64,000 bases of DNA from an uncultured delta proteobacterium (GTDB lineage: Bacteria > Myxococcota_A > Polyangia > Polyangiales > Polyangiaceae), in NCBI GenBank assembly GCA_963696385.1, contig CAVOKF010000006.1:384001-448000 (forward strand), in the 5' to 3' direction. Made by a program: the position numbers and the translations under genes. This document shows positions 62,390-64,000 of this stretch, piece after piece (position 1 is the stretch's first letter; each line of letters opens with the position of its first letter). Under the pieces are notes generated by a model. The model worked only from the letters and a program-made list of their open reading frames with translations, made no database searches and was not told the DNA's origin.

Positions 62390-63268
62390 ATGGCCGCGAA
62401 ATGGCTCTGGCGCCTGGGGGGAGCCGGCACTCTGTTCGGGGTCGCCGCGGCCGCGTGCGCGACCCGGGCGCCCGTGTCGCGGCTCGAAGACAAGGCGCGC
62501 CTCGACGTTCCGATTGCCATCTGTCGCAGAGCTCTGGCGCCCGGCGAGATCAGCGACGGCGGATCGCCCCATCCAGATGCTTATTGGAGCGTGGTGTTTG
62601 CGGGCTTCCACGGCTTTGGCGTCGCAGCCAATCCGAGCGACGTCGACTGCGTGGGAGAGACGCACGCTGAGCCGTTTCGAGGCCTGCAGGTCTCGTCCGC
62701 GTCGACTGCGCCGGAGGACACCGTCGTGGTGTCCGGCGAAGACGGCGTACAAGCCGTCTGGTTGCGCGCCTTCCGGATGGGCGAGCCCCTCGCCGAGGGG
62801 CCCCTTGCACTCGTGCGGCCGCGTGCCTCCGAAATCGACGTCTACGCCATCGGAAATTATCGCGGCAGCGCGCGTCACTCGCGCTTTACCCTCGCCCGGA
62901 TCGGGTCAGCCCGCGTCGTCATCGCCGACGACGACGGCTGCGCGGACGTGAAGGTCGACGCGGAGTGCGAGAGCACGTTCACGTTCTACGTGATGGTCGG
63001 CGGTCAGCTCGTGGCCGCAGTCAGCACGCCCGCGCAGCGCATTCGGTACGGTACGCAGAAGGGTCTCGGCCGGGTTCAATATCGACTCACGACCGATCCC
63101 CCCGTCATCGACAAGCTTGTCGCGCGCGTTCACGAACGCTTGCAAGTGCGCGACGCGAACGATGAGGACACCCGCAAGGCGGAAGGCGATCGCGCGTTCG
63201 TCTTGGGCGACGATGGCCGGCTCGTCGCGCAACAAGACTCGCTGTGGTCCCAGGTCCCCAATCCGTGA
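62390..63268 (+). CDS. Hypothetical lipoprotein
   Basis: Lipobox AAAC, beta-rich, with paired Cys. Confidence 0.72.
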   Translation: MAAKWLWRLGGAGTLFGVAAAACATRAPVSRLEDKARLDVPIAICRRALAPGEISDGGSPHPDAYWSVVFAGFHGFGVAANPSDVDCVGETHAEPFRGLQVSSASTAPEDTVVVSGEDGVQAVWLRAFRMGEPLAEGPLALVRPRASEIDVYAIGNYRGSARHSRFTLARIGSARVVIADDDGCADVKVDAECESTFTFYVMVGGQLVAAVSTPAQRIRYGTQKGLGRVQYRLTTDPPVIDKLVARVHERLQVRDANDEDTRKAEGDRAFVLGDDGRLVAQQDSLWSQVPNP

Positions 63269-63275
63269 GGCTAAC

Positions 63276-63367
63276 GGGTCGAGGTCGGGGGTCGAGAGAG
63301 GACGAGGGTCGGGGTCGAGGTCGGGGGTCGGGGTCGAGGACGAGGTCGGGGGTCGGGGTCGAGGTCG
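63276..63367 (-). repeat. Hexamer array, (GACCCC/GACCTC)n on the minus strand
   Basis: Reads GGGGTC/GAGGTC on the plus strand, between convergent stops at 63268 and 63380. Confidence 0.85.
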
Positions 63368-63379
63368 CGCGCGATCCGC

Positions 63380-64000
63380 TCAAGGCCCGGCTTTGCCTTG
63401 GCGGGCGAGGTGCTCTCGGTAGCCGGAGGCGAGATCGGGGCCCAGGATCGCGTCGATCCGCCGTCTCTCGTCGGCGAGATGGTCGAAGCGCTCTCGGTAA
63501 GCCAGCCACAGCGCGCGGTACCGGCCGAACACCGCGCCCATTCCCGCATCCTCCTTGACCGCGCGTTCGATGGTATCGGGCGAAATCTCGTCGAGCAGAC
63601 ATCCGACACCGTGCATCACCGTGTCGACCATCGCCGCCTGCTGCATGACCACGTCGGACAAAACGCTCTCGATCACGTCGGGGGCGTCGTAATCGTGGTT
63701 GCGCCAGTCGAGCAGCGAGGCCGCGAGCGTCGCGGGGTCCGCCGCGCGTTCGGTCCGAAGCGCGCTCGCCGAGGCGCCGCCGCGCCGCGCCGTCCGCGAT
63801 GGGGCCAGACGGGCGTCGCGAAGCGGTACGAAGCAGCGACAAAACACTTCGACCAGATCGTGCAGCTTGGTGACCAGTCGTGCGACGTCGCCCGTCGTTT
63901 CGAGCGGCACGCCCGGAACCAGCGACGACGCGAGCTCTCGGAGCCCGAGTAGCGCGAGGATCTCCGCGCTCATCGACAAGTGCTGCGTGCTGCGCCCGGC
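63380..64000 (-). CDS. C-terminal part of a TagH-like (T6SS-associated FHA protein) gene, 5' truncated
   Basis: DVVMQQAAM....GV..LLDEISP..IE...LW.AY.ERF......G......Y resembles the TagH C-terminal domain. Frame is open to the window edge. Confidence 0.6.
   Translation of the reverse strand, partial: AGRSTQHLSMSAEILALLGLRELASSLVPGVPLETTGDVARLVTKLHDLVEVFCRCFVPLRDARLAPSRTARRGGASASALRTERAADPATLAASLLDWRNHDYDAPDVIESVLSDVVMQQAAMVDTVMHGVGCLLDEISPDTIERAVKEDAGMGAVFGRYRALWLAYRERFDHLADERRRIDAILGPDLASGYREHLARQGKAGP

Overview
High-GC bacterial DNA whose gene style (Cys-lipoproteins with Ser/Thr/Pro linkers, a MYXO-CTERM-like tail, a Ser/Thr-kinase-like tail, sigma54 systems) points to Myxococcota, probably Polyangiaceae; this taxonomy is inferred. 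The window has three parts. (1) A split set of stress/low-oxygen-type genes at about 5.5-13.1 kb and 46.8-57.1 kb: BON protein, lipoprotein, pfkA, PNPOx-like protein, ppsA, USP plus ABC/MFP/TolC exporter, two CBS proteins, a small eRF1-like protein, a globin-coupled histidine kinase and a sigma54 activator. Most units carry -24/-12 promoters and a tandem GC(A/G)-N5-TGC-N8-GCA-N5-TGC motif. (2) A ~33 kb xylose/hemicellulose cluster at 13.1-46.4 kb: xylA, ROK regulator, xylB, ABC systems, GH95, two GH3, GH44, GH30, GH43, a lactonase and a Zn-dehydrogenase. It has a recurrent GTAA-N7-TTAC operator candidate, and two paralogous WW-ending putative outer-membrane barrels plus three CBM-like lipoproteins sit where a TonB-dependent/SusCD pair would be expected. 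(3) A desaturase, an XPB-like helicase plus DUF790 nuclease, three lipoproteins and a truncated TagH-like gene. Several single-base frameshifts suggest assembly errors. No rRNA, tRNA, CRISPR array or transposase was seen. All family calls come from motif recognition by eye, not database searches.
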